NCBI RefSeq assembly: GCF_006345805.1
Contig: NC_043004.1
Span: forward strand, 33,604,001 to 33,668,000
DNA: 64,000 nt
Origin: Octopus sinensis
Taxonomy: Eukaryota
Direction of reading: 5' to 3'
The notes beneath the pieces are model-generated. The model had not been told where the DNA came from. It worked only from the letters and a program-made list of their open reading frames with translations, and did no database searches. A program made the position numbers and the translations under genes. The stretch's first letter is position 1, and every line of letters starts with the position of its first letter. Shown here piece after piece: positions 1 to 12,232 of the stretch.

Positions 1-1289
1 CTCTCTGTGTCTCTCTCTGTCTCATTCTTTCTCTCTGTTTTTCTCTCTCTTTCCATCTCTGTTTTCATTATATTAAAAAAAATCACTGGCTGCTTGATGT
101 ACTGAAGTTGGAGCACTAGAGTACACAGATTGCTATGTTCTGTTTCATTTAGCTTCATCCTCTTCTGTTACAGGTTCAAATCCAGTCAACAGCAGCTTGA
201 TGTTTTCATGACTATAATACCCAATAACCTTCATATGCACGATTCTTAGTTACATCTAGGTCAATGGTTCCGAACCAAGGCCCATAAGATCATAAAAGAT
301 CTTGTTGTTAAAATTTATCTACAATAAATTGATTATATTTTTGAAATGCATAAAATATTTGGATTTTTTGAAGTAATTCCTAATAATATTCCACATCAAA
401 AATATAATAAAACTTTTATGAACATTGAATGGCTTTGGAAGCCTACTAGAGTAAGGCAAGAACCAGGCAGGACTCCATAAGTAAAACAAAGTGAAGAACC
501 ACTGATCTGGGTGCAGTTATGGCAGTTTGCTGGAGGGTATATCAGCCAAAACGTGTTAACAACAAACAAGATGAGGACAAATATCTGTCAAATGTAAATA
601 ATGTAAATAATGTACATAATTCCTCATCCCTAAAATATAGAACTGTAGGTTCTTCTAATCCCTGCAAGCATGGAAAAGCTGACACAAATCTGAACAAACG
701 AATCTATGTCTTGTAGCAGAGTTGGCAGTGTTCAGTTCTTAGTTCCAGAATTTTTCCTTTCAGTAATGGCAATTCTACATCCTTAAAACCAAAAATAGCA
801 ACAGATTCTACTGCAGATGACATGAGCTAATGAGAAAAAGGCTCTATATGGTTGTTTGGCATACTAGAAATAGCAGCTAAATCTCTCTCAAACTGCATTG
901 CACCAGCTTAGATAAAAGTACATATAGTCTGAGACCAAGCTGCAGCAACCCCTTGAAGAATTTTAGTCAAACAAATAAATCCCTGGGCTTATTTTTAAGA
1001 CTCACTCAATTGATCAATCTCTTTTGCCAAGTAAACTTAATTACAGGAATGCAAACAAACCAACACTGGTTGTCAAGTGATGTGGGGACAAATACACACA
1101 CACATAACAAACACACACACACACACACACACATAACAATCTTCCACATGCTTTCTGTCAACCAAATTCACTCACAAAGTATTGGTTGGCCTGGGGCTAT
1201 AGTAGAAGACTCTTACCCAAGGAGCTGAGCGATGAGATTGAACTGAAAACCATATGATTGCAAAGCAAGCTTCTTAACAACACAGCCAT

Positions 1290-1705
1290 GACCACTGGCT
1301 AGCAGCATATCCTACATTGCCAGAGCCTGAAGAAAAGTAAGGATTGCAGGGAGGCTGTTTTCATTTATTGGCAAAAATAAATATCAGAGATGCATTGCTC
1401 TATGCAGGCACTGCAGGAGCAATTCAGAGGTTTTGCAAACTCTTTTAAATCCATTACAAAGCTGGAAATCCTTCCATACTGTCAGCAGGTATCTCAGAGT
1501 CACAAGCATTTTGCCTCTTAGCCTGTAAGCCTCATCTGAGTGGGGGCAGTGAGGACTGAGCTTGTCTTCCACCAAAGAAAGGTTCTACTTTCAGTCTGTT
1601 ATCAATGATAGCCATTCTGGAGCTAATTTCAGCTGCAGTGCCTATTTCCTTGATGGCTTTCTTCTGCAAGACATTTTTTTTTAACAGTTAAATGCCTTTG
1701 CAGAA
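1290..1705 (-). mobile_element. Possible decayed RLE (HERO-like) non-LTR 3' end beside an (ATT)n array
   Basis: The minus strand reads KKAIKEIGTAAEISSR, resembling the KAIKEL.EEAE..S.W terminus of HERO-type ORFs. Short, weak match. Confidence 0.3.
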
Positions 1706-1708
1706 GAC

Positions 1709-1755
1709 TATTATTATTATTATTGTTGTTGTTGTTGTAGTTGTTGTTGTTGTTG

Positions 1756-1840
<85 letters not shown>
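1709..1840. repeat. (ATT)n/(GTT)n microsatellite
   Basis: Direct inspection. Other tri- and tetranucleotide arrays: (TATC)n 4213-4322, (AAT)n 16289-16367, (GTA)n 26880-26940, (AAT/AAC)n 37765-37945, (AAT)n 40843-40917 and 42060-42188, (GAA)n 42770-42815. Confidence 0.97.
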
Positions 1841-1841
<1 letters not shown>

Positions 1842-2114
1842 ACTCTGATCTAGATTCTCATTACTGTTTTATTTCTTGCTTTTCTTTGAAAATTTGCATC
1901 TTTAAGAATTTTGTCCTGAGGGCAACTGCCTCTGTGGCCCTCTTACACAACTGATCAAAACAGTATCAGGATCATAATGGTTTCTACTTCTGAATGATTT
2001 GCCATAAGAAATAATATTTATTTGTAAAAATATGATTTTGTTTGTTTTTTTTGTAATATGCAAATACATATGAAAGAAAATTTTCTTGTGCTAATATTTA
2101 AACCAAATATTTAA

Positions 2115-2335
2115 CCCTTTCGTTACCAACCTGGCTGAAACCGGCTCTGACTCTGTAGTACAAACATCTTGTTTTCATAAGTTTTGAATTAATATCTTCC
2201 ACCAAAAATTAGTCACAATTTATGTTCCTAACACTAGCCTAATGATAACTAAGCTATTTTACTAAATTCTTTGTTATATTCAAAGTAATTGAAAGAAACA
2301 CAGAGCATCTCAAAATAAATACAGTAACGAAAGGG
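2115..2335. mobile_element. piggyBac-like MITE, 221 bp, copy 1
   Basis: TTAA-CCCTTTCGTTAC...GTAACGAAAGGG-TTAA (TTAA at 2111-2114 and 2336-2339). Confidence 0.9.
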
Positions 2336-2942
2336 TTAAAATATTAGATTATTTTCAATGTTGATTTCAGTAATGAATTTAAAGAATAAATCCATGTAAT
2401 ATTTTGATTTCCATGCCACAATATCTGAAAGCTTCTCCCACACTACCAAATGCTGTTATGGCTTAATACACTCGTGGAAATTTTAGAGAACAGAAATAAT
2501 TCCTTTATGAGATTAATTGACAAAGTTTAATTATAATTCCTTTCAGAGCACTGCGCACCTATCCAAAATAGTGCTTCTGCTGCACATACAAACGCTCTTG
2601 ATTACATGTAAAGCTATGTCATTCCTCTCCAGAGCAGCAATTTCCTGACCATTTTATCCTACTCATTTTATTCTACAGAATTACAACATGAGCATCAGCT
2701 GCCTCAGATCCCACTAATATGTGAGAACCTATCAATAACCTGTATGCTGTACATTCTCTGTGAAGTGGTTAATATAGAAAACAATATCGTAAAAACAAAT
2801 TATGATTGATGAGTGCTTCATTAGATTGCAGCGAAGACTTTCAGTAGTTAATTGGCTTAGAAAGAGGTGGATCACAATCATATGATTGCTGTGGATACAA
2901 GTACTGCATTATATCATACTTCTGGTATTATAGCAACAAAAT

Positions 2943-3395
2943 AGGGCGGTGAGCCAGCAGAATCGTTAGCATGTCGGGTAAAATGACTAGTGGTGAGTTG
3001 ACAGTGTTGTTAGCACGTCGAACAGAACGTTTAGCGGTATTTCATCTGCCATTACGTTCTGAGTTCAAATTCCGCCGAGGTGGACTTTGCCTTTCATCCT
3101 TTCGGGGTCGATTAAATAAGTACCAGTTACACACTGGGGTCAATGTAATTAACTTAATCCGTTTGTCTGTCCTTGTTTGTCCCTTCTGTGTTTAGCCCCT
3201 TGTGGGTAGTAAAGAAATAGGTATTTCATCAGTTTTTATGTTCTAAGTTCAAATTCTGCTGAGGTAGACTTTGCCTTTCATCCCCTCAGGGTTGATTGAA
3301 TAAGTAACAGTTACGCACTGGGGTTGATGTAATCAACTTAATCCCTTTGTCTATCCTTGTTTGTCCCCTCTATGCGGGCAATAAAGAAATAATTA
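2943..3395 (+). mobile_element. SINE family B, tandem full + partial copies
   Basis: Two consecutive family B units with a short internal duplication of the head. Confidence 0.85.
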
Positions 3396-4211
3396 TAGCA
3401 ACAAAATTGATGATGAGCAGTATGGAAAAGTCTCCCTTCAAGTAGTGTAGTCAGAGCCAGTGCCATTAATGAAGGCTTCAATATATATCAGCTTTGTAAC
3501 CAGGTATATGTATGTGTATATGCACTTATGAGCTTACATGTATATGCCGTTTGCATAGCTTATGTGTATATGTGGATATATATATGTGAGTGTGTGTTTG
3601 TGGGTATATATAATTTTATATACATATATAAGTTTGTGTGTATATATATATATTAATATACTTGTATATGAATATATGAACATGAGCAGATATTAATTAT
3701 TTTTATCATAACCACCAATTTAAAAGATCAATTGTAGCAAAGTTCTTTGTTTATGTTATTTCATTTCATCTTAATTCATTTAGTCAATTTACTTTATTGT
3801 ATTTATTCATTAAGTTTTTTGATGTCTTCTACACAATTTTCTACCTGTTTCTCAATTTATTAACACACACGCACACATTCACACACATTCACACACAAAC
3901 ACACAAGGCATAATTAATTGGATTTATACATACATTTGTACATTGTAGACTTACAGCTGTTTCTGATATGCATTTTAGGTGCGTTCATAGTTTCATTTAC
4001 ACAATTGATTGGTTGACTGAATAAAAATTTTGAAGAGCCTTAAAATATAATCATCTTCAGAGTCTGTATACCAAGTGATAGAGTACCTGGAGGTATCAGA
4101 ATTCTTTGCAGTTCTATACCAACCAGAAAACCTTTTGTTAGCCTGGTGTATTAGTATTAGCAGAGCACTTAAGAAGTATTTTGTCCAGGTTGATAATCCC
4201 TCAATAATAAC

Positions 4212-4324
<113 letters not shown>

Positions 4325-4363
4325 TTGCCTGTCTGTTTGTCTGTCTATATATATATATACACT

Positions 4364-4524
4364 CGCGGAGTGATTGGCGTTAGGAAGGGCATCCAGCTGT
4401 AGAAACTCTGCCAGATCAGACTGGAGCCTGGTGCAGCCCCTGGCTTCCCAGACCCCGGTCGAACCGTCCAACCCATGCTAGCGCGGAAAACGGACGTTAA
4501 ACGATGATGATGACGATGATGATA
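4364..4524 (+). mobile_element. Short RTE 3'-end fragment next to a (TA)n array
   Basis: TTGGCGTTAGGAAGGGCATCCAGCTGTAGAAAC...CCAACCCATGCTAGCGCGGAAAACGGACGTTAAAC(GAT)n, as at 35600-35746. Confidence 0.85.
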
Positions 4525-4934
4525 TCTAATGACCCCATTTACACACACACTTATTCTCATACATACACATGCATAAACACACGCACACTTGATGCACAAA
4601 CACTCACACACATACACATGCACATACTATTTGTACAAAGCACATGCTATCTGTACATGCATATATTAGCTACTATGCACGTTTCCACACACACACACAC
4701 ACTCATATCTAATAGCCTCACACACACACATGTTACACAGCCTCACACATTACCACACATACACATGCACACATGAATACATGGAGCACAGTACACATAT
4801 TTGTTTACTTGTACACATACATGCTCCCTTACATGCTCGTACTCTCACATAGTTTTACGCTCACCTACTCATACACACATACACTTCCACATATGATTTA
4901 CAAGGAAACTCTGAGTAGTGTATGAGAGAGTTCC

Positions 4935-6150
4935 ATGTTTGACTGTGGCCATGCTGGGGAACTGCCCTGATGAATTTTAGTTGAATAAATTGACCCGTGT
5001 ACCTATTTTTTTAAAGCCTGGTATTTATTCTATCACTCGCTTTTTGCTGAACCACTAAGTCACAGGGACATAAGCACACCAACATTGGTGTAAGCCTAGT
5101 ACATATTCTATCGATCTCTTTTGCCGAACTACTAAGTTATGGGGACGTACACACACCATCATCGGTTGTCAAGCGATGGTGGGGGGACAAACACAGACAG
5201 TGGCTGCTTAGTAGGTAGCTTGCTTACCAACCACATGGTTCCAGGTTCAGTCCCACTGCCTGGCACCTTGGGCAAGTGTCTTCTACTATAGCCTTGGGCT
5301 GACCAAAGCCTTGTAAGTGGATTTGGTAGATGGAAACTGAAAGAAGCCTGTCATATATATAAATATATATATGTGTATATGTTTGTCGCCACAACATCAC
5401 TTCACAACCAATGTTGGGTTTAATTATGTCCCCATAACTTAGAGGTTTGGCAATAGAGACCAATAGAATAAGTACTAGGCTTACAAAGAAAAAGTTCTGG
5501 GGTCAATTCGTTCAGTTAAAGATGGTGCTCCAGCATGGCTGCAGTCGCATGACTGATACAGATAATAAAATAAAATACTATGGGCTTCTTTCAGTTTCCA
5601 TCTGCCAAATCCACTCACAAGGCTTTGTTTGACCCAAGGTTATAACAGATGACACTTGCCTAAGGTGCCACACAGTGGGACTGAACCTGGAACCATGTGG
5701 TTGGGAGACAAGCTTCTTACAACACAGCCATGTCTTCCTTGTAGTTGTTTCTGTCATTAGAGTGTGGCCATGCTGGGGCACCGCCTTGAAGAATTTTAGT
5801 CGAATAAATTGACGCGGGTACCTATATTTTAAAACTTGGTATATATTCTATCACTTGCTTTTTGCTGAACCACTAAGTTACAGGGACATAAACACACCAA
5901 CATCGGTTGTCAAGTGGTAGTGGGAAAGAAACACAGATGCAAAGATACACACACACACACATACATGCACACACAGATGCACACACACACATGCACGCAC
6001 ACACACACGTCAGGTTTCTTTTACTTTCTGTCAACTAAATTCACTCACAAGGAGTTGGTCGTCCCAAAGCTAAAGTAGAAAACATGCATCATTCAGTGGG
6101 ACTAAACCTGGAATCGCATAGTTGAGAAGCAAGCATTTTACTGCATAGCT
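4935..6150. mobile_element. Nested cluster of family A SINE copies in both orientations
   Basis: Minus tail pieces 4935-5190, plus full copy ~5205-5575, minus head ~5578-5730, minus copy ~5745-6150. Confidence 0.85.
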
Positions 6151-6181
6151 ATGCATGCACCTGTGCCATACTGCCACACCT

Positions 6182-6603
6182 GTATGTGTGTGTGTGTGTA
6201 TGTATGTGTGTGTATGTGTGTAGATGTGTGTGTATATGTGTGTGCATGTGTGTGCATATACGTGTGTGTATGTGTGTATGTGTGTGTGTCTGTATGTATG
6301 CATGTATGTGTGTGTATGTGTGTGTATATGTGTGTATGTGTGTGTATGTCTGTGTATGTGTATGTGTGTATATATCTTTGTATGTATGTGCATATATGTG
6401 TATATGTGTGTATGTGTGTGTATGTGCATGCTTGTATGTGCATGTGTGTGTATGCGTGTGTGTATGTATGTGTATGTATGTGTGTGTATGTGTGTATATG
6501 TGTGTGTATGTATGTGCGTATATGTGTATGTGTGTATATGTGTATATGTATATATGTGTATGTATGTGTGTATGTCTGTGTGTATGTGTGTGTGTGTGTG
6601 CAT

Positions 6604-6640
<37 letters not shown>

Positions 6641-6657
6641 TGTATGTGAGTGTGTGT
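6182..6657. repeat. Compound (TG)n/(TATG)n microsatellite
   Basis: Direct inspection. Similar arrays at 7240-7960, 12957-13552, 18950-19227, 21200-21440, 21680-21803, 22370-23250, 59630-60250 and 62240-62740. Confidence 0.97.
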
Positions 6658-7138
6658 AATATATTATATTATATCACCATACCTGCTTTATTAACACTTT
6701 GCTGCTCTCTCGCAATAACCTTTGACACATCAACCAGCCAACAACATGCAATAGTTTTTTTTCTCTTTCTCCTTCTTGTTTTCCTTTCTTTTACTCTTTA
6801 TATTCGAAAATCATCTTATTCTAACCTTTTTACTTTACTCCTTGTCTTTCTTCTCATACTTTAACCATCTCATTTGGCACTCTGATGATTTCAAAATTCC
6901 TAATGAAACACAATAACTGTTTATGAAACCCCTAACCCTCACCATTCCTAGTTCGCCCCCCCCCCCCACTGCTCCAGAGTTATGGCTTCTGGACAGGTCA
7001 ACCAGTTTCGGATATTGTTGCCATTGTTCTTCAACTCTTTCTTTCTCTATAAGTCAACCATTGTAGCAGCATTCCTCTCATCATCTTCTTCCAAATTCCT
7101 TCTTACATCTAGGAATTCTACAGGTTATTGGTACCCAC

Positions 7139-7216
7139 CTCCAGTTCCTAATCCAGCCATAAACCCTTCAGATGATTCGGAAATTTGGAAGTAATCGTGG
7201 TTGCCAATGCCGTCAT
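7139..7216 (-). CDS. Candidate 78-nt phase 1-1 exon of an unidentified gene
   Basis: Acceptor gtattttcgttcag, donor G|gtgggt; open frame xDGIGNHDYFQISESSEGFMAGLGTG. Confidence 0.35.
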
Positions 7217-7743
7217 CTGAACGAAAATACATATATGAGTGTGAATGATCATATAAGTATGTATGTATGTATGTATGTATGTATGTATGTATGTATGTAT
7301 GTATGTATGTATGTATTACCAGTAAAGGTTTTAGTTGCCAATTTTGTACAAGACATTGTAGATCTTTAGCTGAGCTAAAAAGTCACATTCGATCACAGCA
7401 CCAGTAACAGTGAAGCTTCGTGCAATGGCTATACTTGATAACGAGGGGGGCAGCCATAATAATAATAATAAACATAATGTATGTATGTATGTATGTATGT
7501 ATGTATGTGTGTGTATGTATGTATGTATGTATGCATGAATGTATATATGTATGTATGTATTCATGTATACACACACACACACATATATATATATGAATGC
7601 ATGTATGCATGAAAGTATATATGTATGTATGTATATATATATATATATACATATGTATGTATATATGTATGTATGCATGCATGTATGTGTATATATATAT
7701 ATATATACATATGTATGTATGTATGCATGTATATATATGTATG

Positions 7744-7776
<33 letters not shown>

Positions 7777-7887
7777 GTTTGTATATATGTATGTAGGCAT
7801 GTATATATATATATGTATATATGTATGTATGCATGTATATACATATATATGTATATATGTATGTGTGTGTGAGTGTATATATATATG

Positions 7888-7937
<50 letters not shown>

Positions 7938-9170
7938 ATACACACATATATATATACATAAGTATTTGTGTATTGTTTGTGCATCTTTAGACTTGTGCTC
8001 CACAGAAACTGCCAAACCAATGCTCAACGCTTTACCCTGATCAATATCTCTGCCACTTTTGTCTTTTTCCTCTTCTACTCCCAACCACCTCCCCAACTAA
8101 TTTCGTTGTCTTCACCTCCCCAATTATTCTCCTTGTGTGCATTTGCAAATCATGTAATTCGTCATTTCTACCAGACTTTCACAACTCCATGGCACAATTT
8201 TTCTCTCTCTGACAAATGACTTGGTCCAAGATGCCAGACCTTTCTGTTTTTTGAATGACATACACACTTGAAAAAACTCTTTGTCAATGCACATCAATTC
8301 TACCTTCCTTGGATTCTGTTGGGTTTTTTGTGTTTTTTGTTTTGTTATATACTTTACAGGAGAAGTAAAATGATTGAGTGAGCTGTAAAGTCAATGGGCT
8401 GAGATTAGGTATCAGTGCAAAATTTTAATTAGGTCCCTTAACAATTCTATACATCTCAATCCTCCTATTTAAAATAAATGGGTTCCAGATTTTCTGGGGA
8501 AGTTTTTTTTTTTCCTTTCTTTAGCCTAAAATTCTATTGGTAGCAGTGAAAATATTTCTTATTCGTTGAACACTACAGAAGACAAAATTAAGTATTTCCT
8601 CAATGGATGTTTATGATTTATGAAAAGGTATATATCTTAATTATGGCTTTCTACTTTAATCATGAAATTTTAATAAAATTTCTCTCTATATACAGATTCT
8701 TTATAATTAAAACAATTTTCAAAAGGAAATTAAATAAAAATTTCTAATTCATAAAATAATTGTTTACTTCAATAAAATATTATTGACAAGACCATCTTAT
8801 TCAATTTCTACAAACTGACTTTATGTTTCTGCAAGAAAAGATAATATTATAATTTATTTAGTTTCTTTCTCTTAACAAATAGACTATAGAAAACATTAAA
8901 TCCTGTCCAAAACCAAGCAATAAATTATTTTATCAAATTAGAAATTTTACTTTTAATTTTAGAGAATTTTTTTCAGTCTCACTGATTTTCAACAGACAAT
9001 ATTAATTTTTTTCTAATTGCTTTTTTTCTTATATAATAATAAAACATCAGATATATTAAAATAAAACATAAATTCCATTTCTTTCAGAAAATTCATATAA
9101 TTTCAAAGCCAGCTTATGATAGATTCTTAGAGACTTGACATAGTTTTCAAAGCTTATTAACCCAGAATAA

Positions 9171-10520
9171 TTTCTGTTCCAAGAAACATTGCATCAAGGA
9201 ATTTATGCTTGTTGTCAACAGTACTATCTGTGGAATTTAACAACGAGAATTTATATCTAATTTACCAAATTAACCACAGGAACAACAGAACAATGAGTCA
9301 ATGTTAGTTGAATTAATTTTATTTTCTTATTAGGACTAAGGGTTATTTTTATTTCAGCTTCATTAAAGGATGATTTATTTTGGCAAAAAAAAAACACAAT
9401 AAAAATGTCTTATTTATCAGCTCTGGGATTTGGTGAACCAAATGTTGATAATGAAGTTTCTTCTGAAATAAGATTATTTTACATTATGAATGTTGAAGAA
9501 ATGGTAAATGCATGGAAGTCTCCAATAAAAAATGAATAAAGAAATAATGTTAGTGTTACTTTAACTGAATCAGGGAGCATAAAGAAATAATTACTTCAGA
9601 GAGTAATTAATAGAATTGAACTAATTATTATAGAAACAAATATCTAATAAACAAGGGTCTAATTTTTAAAAATAAAAATTTAAGTACAATGGACGGCATG
9701 GGTTAAAATGCAGTTGATTTCAATTTGAATTTTACCATGTAATCGTTTATGTTGCTGTTTGATAGATTAAGAAACATAAGTGCATTGACCAACACTGAAA
9801 GAGAACATTTCAATACATGTGTCATGTTATATGGAATGTACATTTTAAAGCAAGCTCATAATCTGCTTTATCTTTAAGTCATAACAATTGATTGTTATTA
9901 TCATAGCAGAAAGAGAAGTGTAGCTGCATGAATATGATCAATTGAAGATATGGACTTCCATTATAATTTAACAGAAGAGACATAGTGACACAGAGATAAA
10001 TGATTTTCCGGCCAATAGATTTCTAGATTGTTGCCAACAATGTCATTGGTACAATAATGACTGTGTGGCCGACTTTGAGGAAGATTATGATATTCTAGAA
10101 GTACATTGCAGATATTTATTTAGAATATATTCAATGGTTGGCCTTGAATATAGTACAGCATATAATTCTTGGTCAAATAAACCATATATTCACTTAACGT
10201 GTGCCATTAGAAAGTTAGTGTTTACATAGCATAAGACAGGTCCGTTTTCAGAGTTATCACTACTCTCTATCCTTTGTACCTAAAATTGCATGTTAACATA
10301 GGCAAGGCCTCTGCCCACGTTGAACCTGGGAATCTCATTGCTCTATTGCAAATCTATATAATCAGTTTCTCTCTCGTCTCATAGATTGGGTGCTCCCTTT
10401 AATACCAATTTATCAGAATGATGCATTTTCCATCAACCAATATTTTTTATCATCTTGGTGTACCTAGAAGTTTAATTATGCTTTCCCACACTCTATCTTT
10501 GATACAGTAATTATCTATTT
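9171..10520 (+). pseudogene. Unidentified decayed coding-like region (or a cluster of short exons)
   Basis: Long, mostly single-frame protein-like segments broken by scattered stops and frameshifts, e.g. SLKDDLFWQKKNTIKMSYLSALGFGEPNVDNEVSSEIRLFYIMNVEEM and a stop-free frame at 9972-10229. Confidence 0.3.
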
Positions 10521-10803
10521 GCTGTTATTTCTAATCCTGAGCCTTATCATGCCTCTTGTTCCTGGTGTTGCAGGAATAGCCTAAACATAATCTCTACTGG
10601 ATTCCCATTAAAGAAGTAATGAACAACACGCACACAGGAAAAGAAGATGAAATACAAAAAAAAAAAACAGACAACCAATCATGTTGCAACTTTGTAGTCA
10701 CGTGGGATTATGACTCATTGTTAATGATGTCCCACACAGATGTTGTTTACTTTTGTTTTTAATTGAAATACAAAATGGAATTTGTGATGAAATAAGTATG
10801 TGA

Positions 10804-11148
10804 TTAACCCAACACCTCGTCTGGTAAATGAGCAAAGCCTAAACTCTTTGCAGTTGAGGAAATTATTGATTCTTTGGATGAAGAATTTACCCTTATGCTG
10901 ACAGGGAGTATGATCCCTGTCAATCAAACTGATGAAAGTGATAAGGAAAGTAGTGACTTGGGTGAACAAAAATAGTAGTTGAGAGATAGGGGCCATTATT
11001 GTTATTCTCCCAAATTTTTTTGTGATTCTGTCCATTAGTTTACCTGCAATTATTACTCTTGAGCTGTATATGCAACTATTTATTTTCTGCTCAGGAGCCC
11101 ACGGGAAGAGTAAGGTTAGACACATGTGCCCAGGTTGAAGAGGGTTGA
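10804..11148 (+). mobile_element. Possible decayed internally deleted piggyBac-like element
   Basis: TTAACCC at the left and GGGTTGA at the right. The interior reads KLFAVEEIIDSLDEEF...IPVNQTDESDKESSDLGE, resembling acidic piggyBac N-termini. Weak. Confidence 0.3.
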
Positions 11149-11269
11149 CATTAAAAACAATGCCACCACCCCTTAACTTTCTGAATATAGTTGTCATCCA
11201 TAAGCAACATGACAGCACATGCCAAATTTGGACAGTACCCCAATGGGAAATACTAATAATATGTTTAAA

Positions 11270-11500
11270 GGTGGCGAGCTGGCAGAAACGTTAGCACGCC
11301 GGGTGAAATGCATAGCCATATTTCATTTGCTGTTACGTTTAGAGTTCAAATTCCGACGAGGTCGACTTTGCCTTTCATCCTTTCGGGGTCGATAAATTAA
11401 ATACCAGTTATGCACTGGGGTTAATGTAATCGACTTAATCTGTTTGTCTGTCCTTGTTTGTCCCCTCTGTGTTTTGCCCCTTGTGGGTAGTAAAGAAATA
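11270..11500 (+). mobile_element. SINE family B
   Basis: Matches 47128-47360. Confidence 0.9.
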
Positions 11501-11639
11501 GAAATACTAATAACATGTTTTCATTCAATGGTGACACATTCCTAAGTAACAGTATTCTCACAGACTCTCACTATGCATGACCAAACACAACCAAGCCCCA
11601 CAGAGTTACAATAAATCTAGGTGTCCTAGATTTATGTCG

Positions 11640-12232
11640 ATACATACTGCTCTGTTTCAATTGATTTTGAAAATAATGAAGAATTTGATAAAACAACCCT
11701 TTCACTATGAAGATGGTGTTTGGAACATTAATTAACATGAAATTTTGATGGAAAGTTTTAAATTCGATCATTTTAAACTATTTGTTGATACATTTTTGGT
11801 GAAATATGCTGCTCTGCCTTAATTCAATTAATTTTGAAAGTAAGGAAGAATTTAATAAAATAATTTTTTTATTATCAATTTTGATGGAAAATTTTAATTC
11901 AGATCATTTTAAAACAGGTTTGTGTCATAAAACCAAATGTGGAGGCATGTGGCTTAGTAGTTAGGGTGTTGAACTCATGATCGTAAGGTTGTGGTTTCGA
12001 TTCCTGAACCGGGCGATGCATTGTGTTCTTGAGCAAAACACTTCATTTTCATGTTGCTCCAGTCCACTCAGCTGGCAAAAATGAGTAATCCTGCGATGGA
12101 CTGGCATCCCATCCAGGTGGGAAATTTCTATGCCACTGAAACTGGGAAACTGGCCCTTACAAGCCTGGCATGGCTCAAGAAGGAACATAAAACCAAAGGT
12201 TTTCTCAGGTTTGCTAGTATCAAAAGGGTTAA
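11640..12232. mobile_element. Related TTAA-type MITE remnant carrying a nested SINE
   Basis: Right end GTATCAAAAGGG-TTAA. The AT-rich interior continues across the SINE insertion at 11938-12185. Left end not resolved. Confidence 0.45.
11938..12185 (+). mobile_element. tRNA-derived SINE (family C) with 12-bp TSD
   Basis: A box TGGCTTAGTAG, B box GTTTCGATTCC. Central GCGATGGACTGGCATCCCATCCAGG resembles the V-SINE domain as I recall it. TSD CATAAAACCAAA at 11926-11937 and 12186-12197. Confidence 0.88.

Noticed and set aside
2547-2720. Two adjacent plus-strand exon candidates (2547-2607, 2679-2720)
   Set aside because: Their open frames are phase-incompatible across a 71-nt gap and the peptides are unrecognisable.
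6070-7990. Long ORFs rich in HT/YI/CV/MY repeats (also 13015-13606, 18867-19350, 21186-21871, 22854-23369, 59569-60431, 62213-62788)
   Set aside because: Translations of (TG)n, (TA)n and (TATG)n microsatellites, which lack stops in several frames.
8500-9100. Mitochondrial insertion (very AT-rich)
   Set aside because: No recognisable mitochondrial protein, rRNA or tRNA motif in the frames I translated.
10721-11218. 165-aa minus ORF with GKLMDRITKKFGR, reminiscent of MFS transporter motif A
   Set aside because: No series of transmembrane helices or supporting exons; it is in register with a plus-strand acidic, transposase-like frame and is more likely its antisense shadow.
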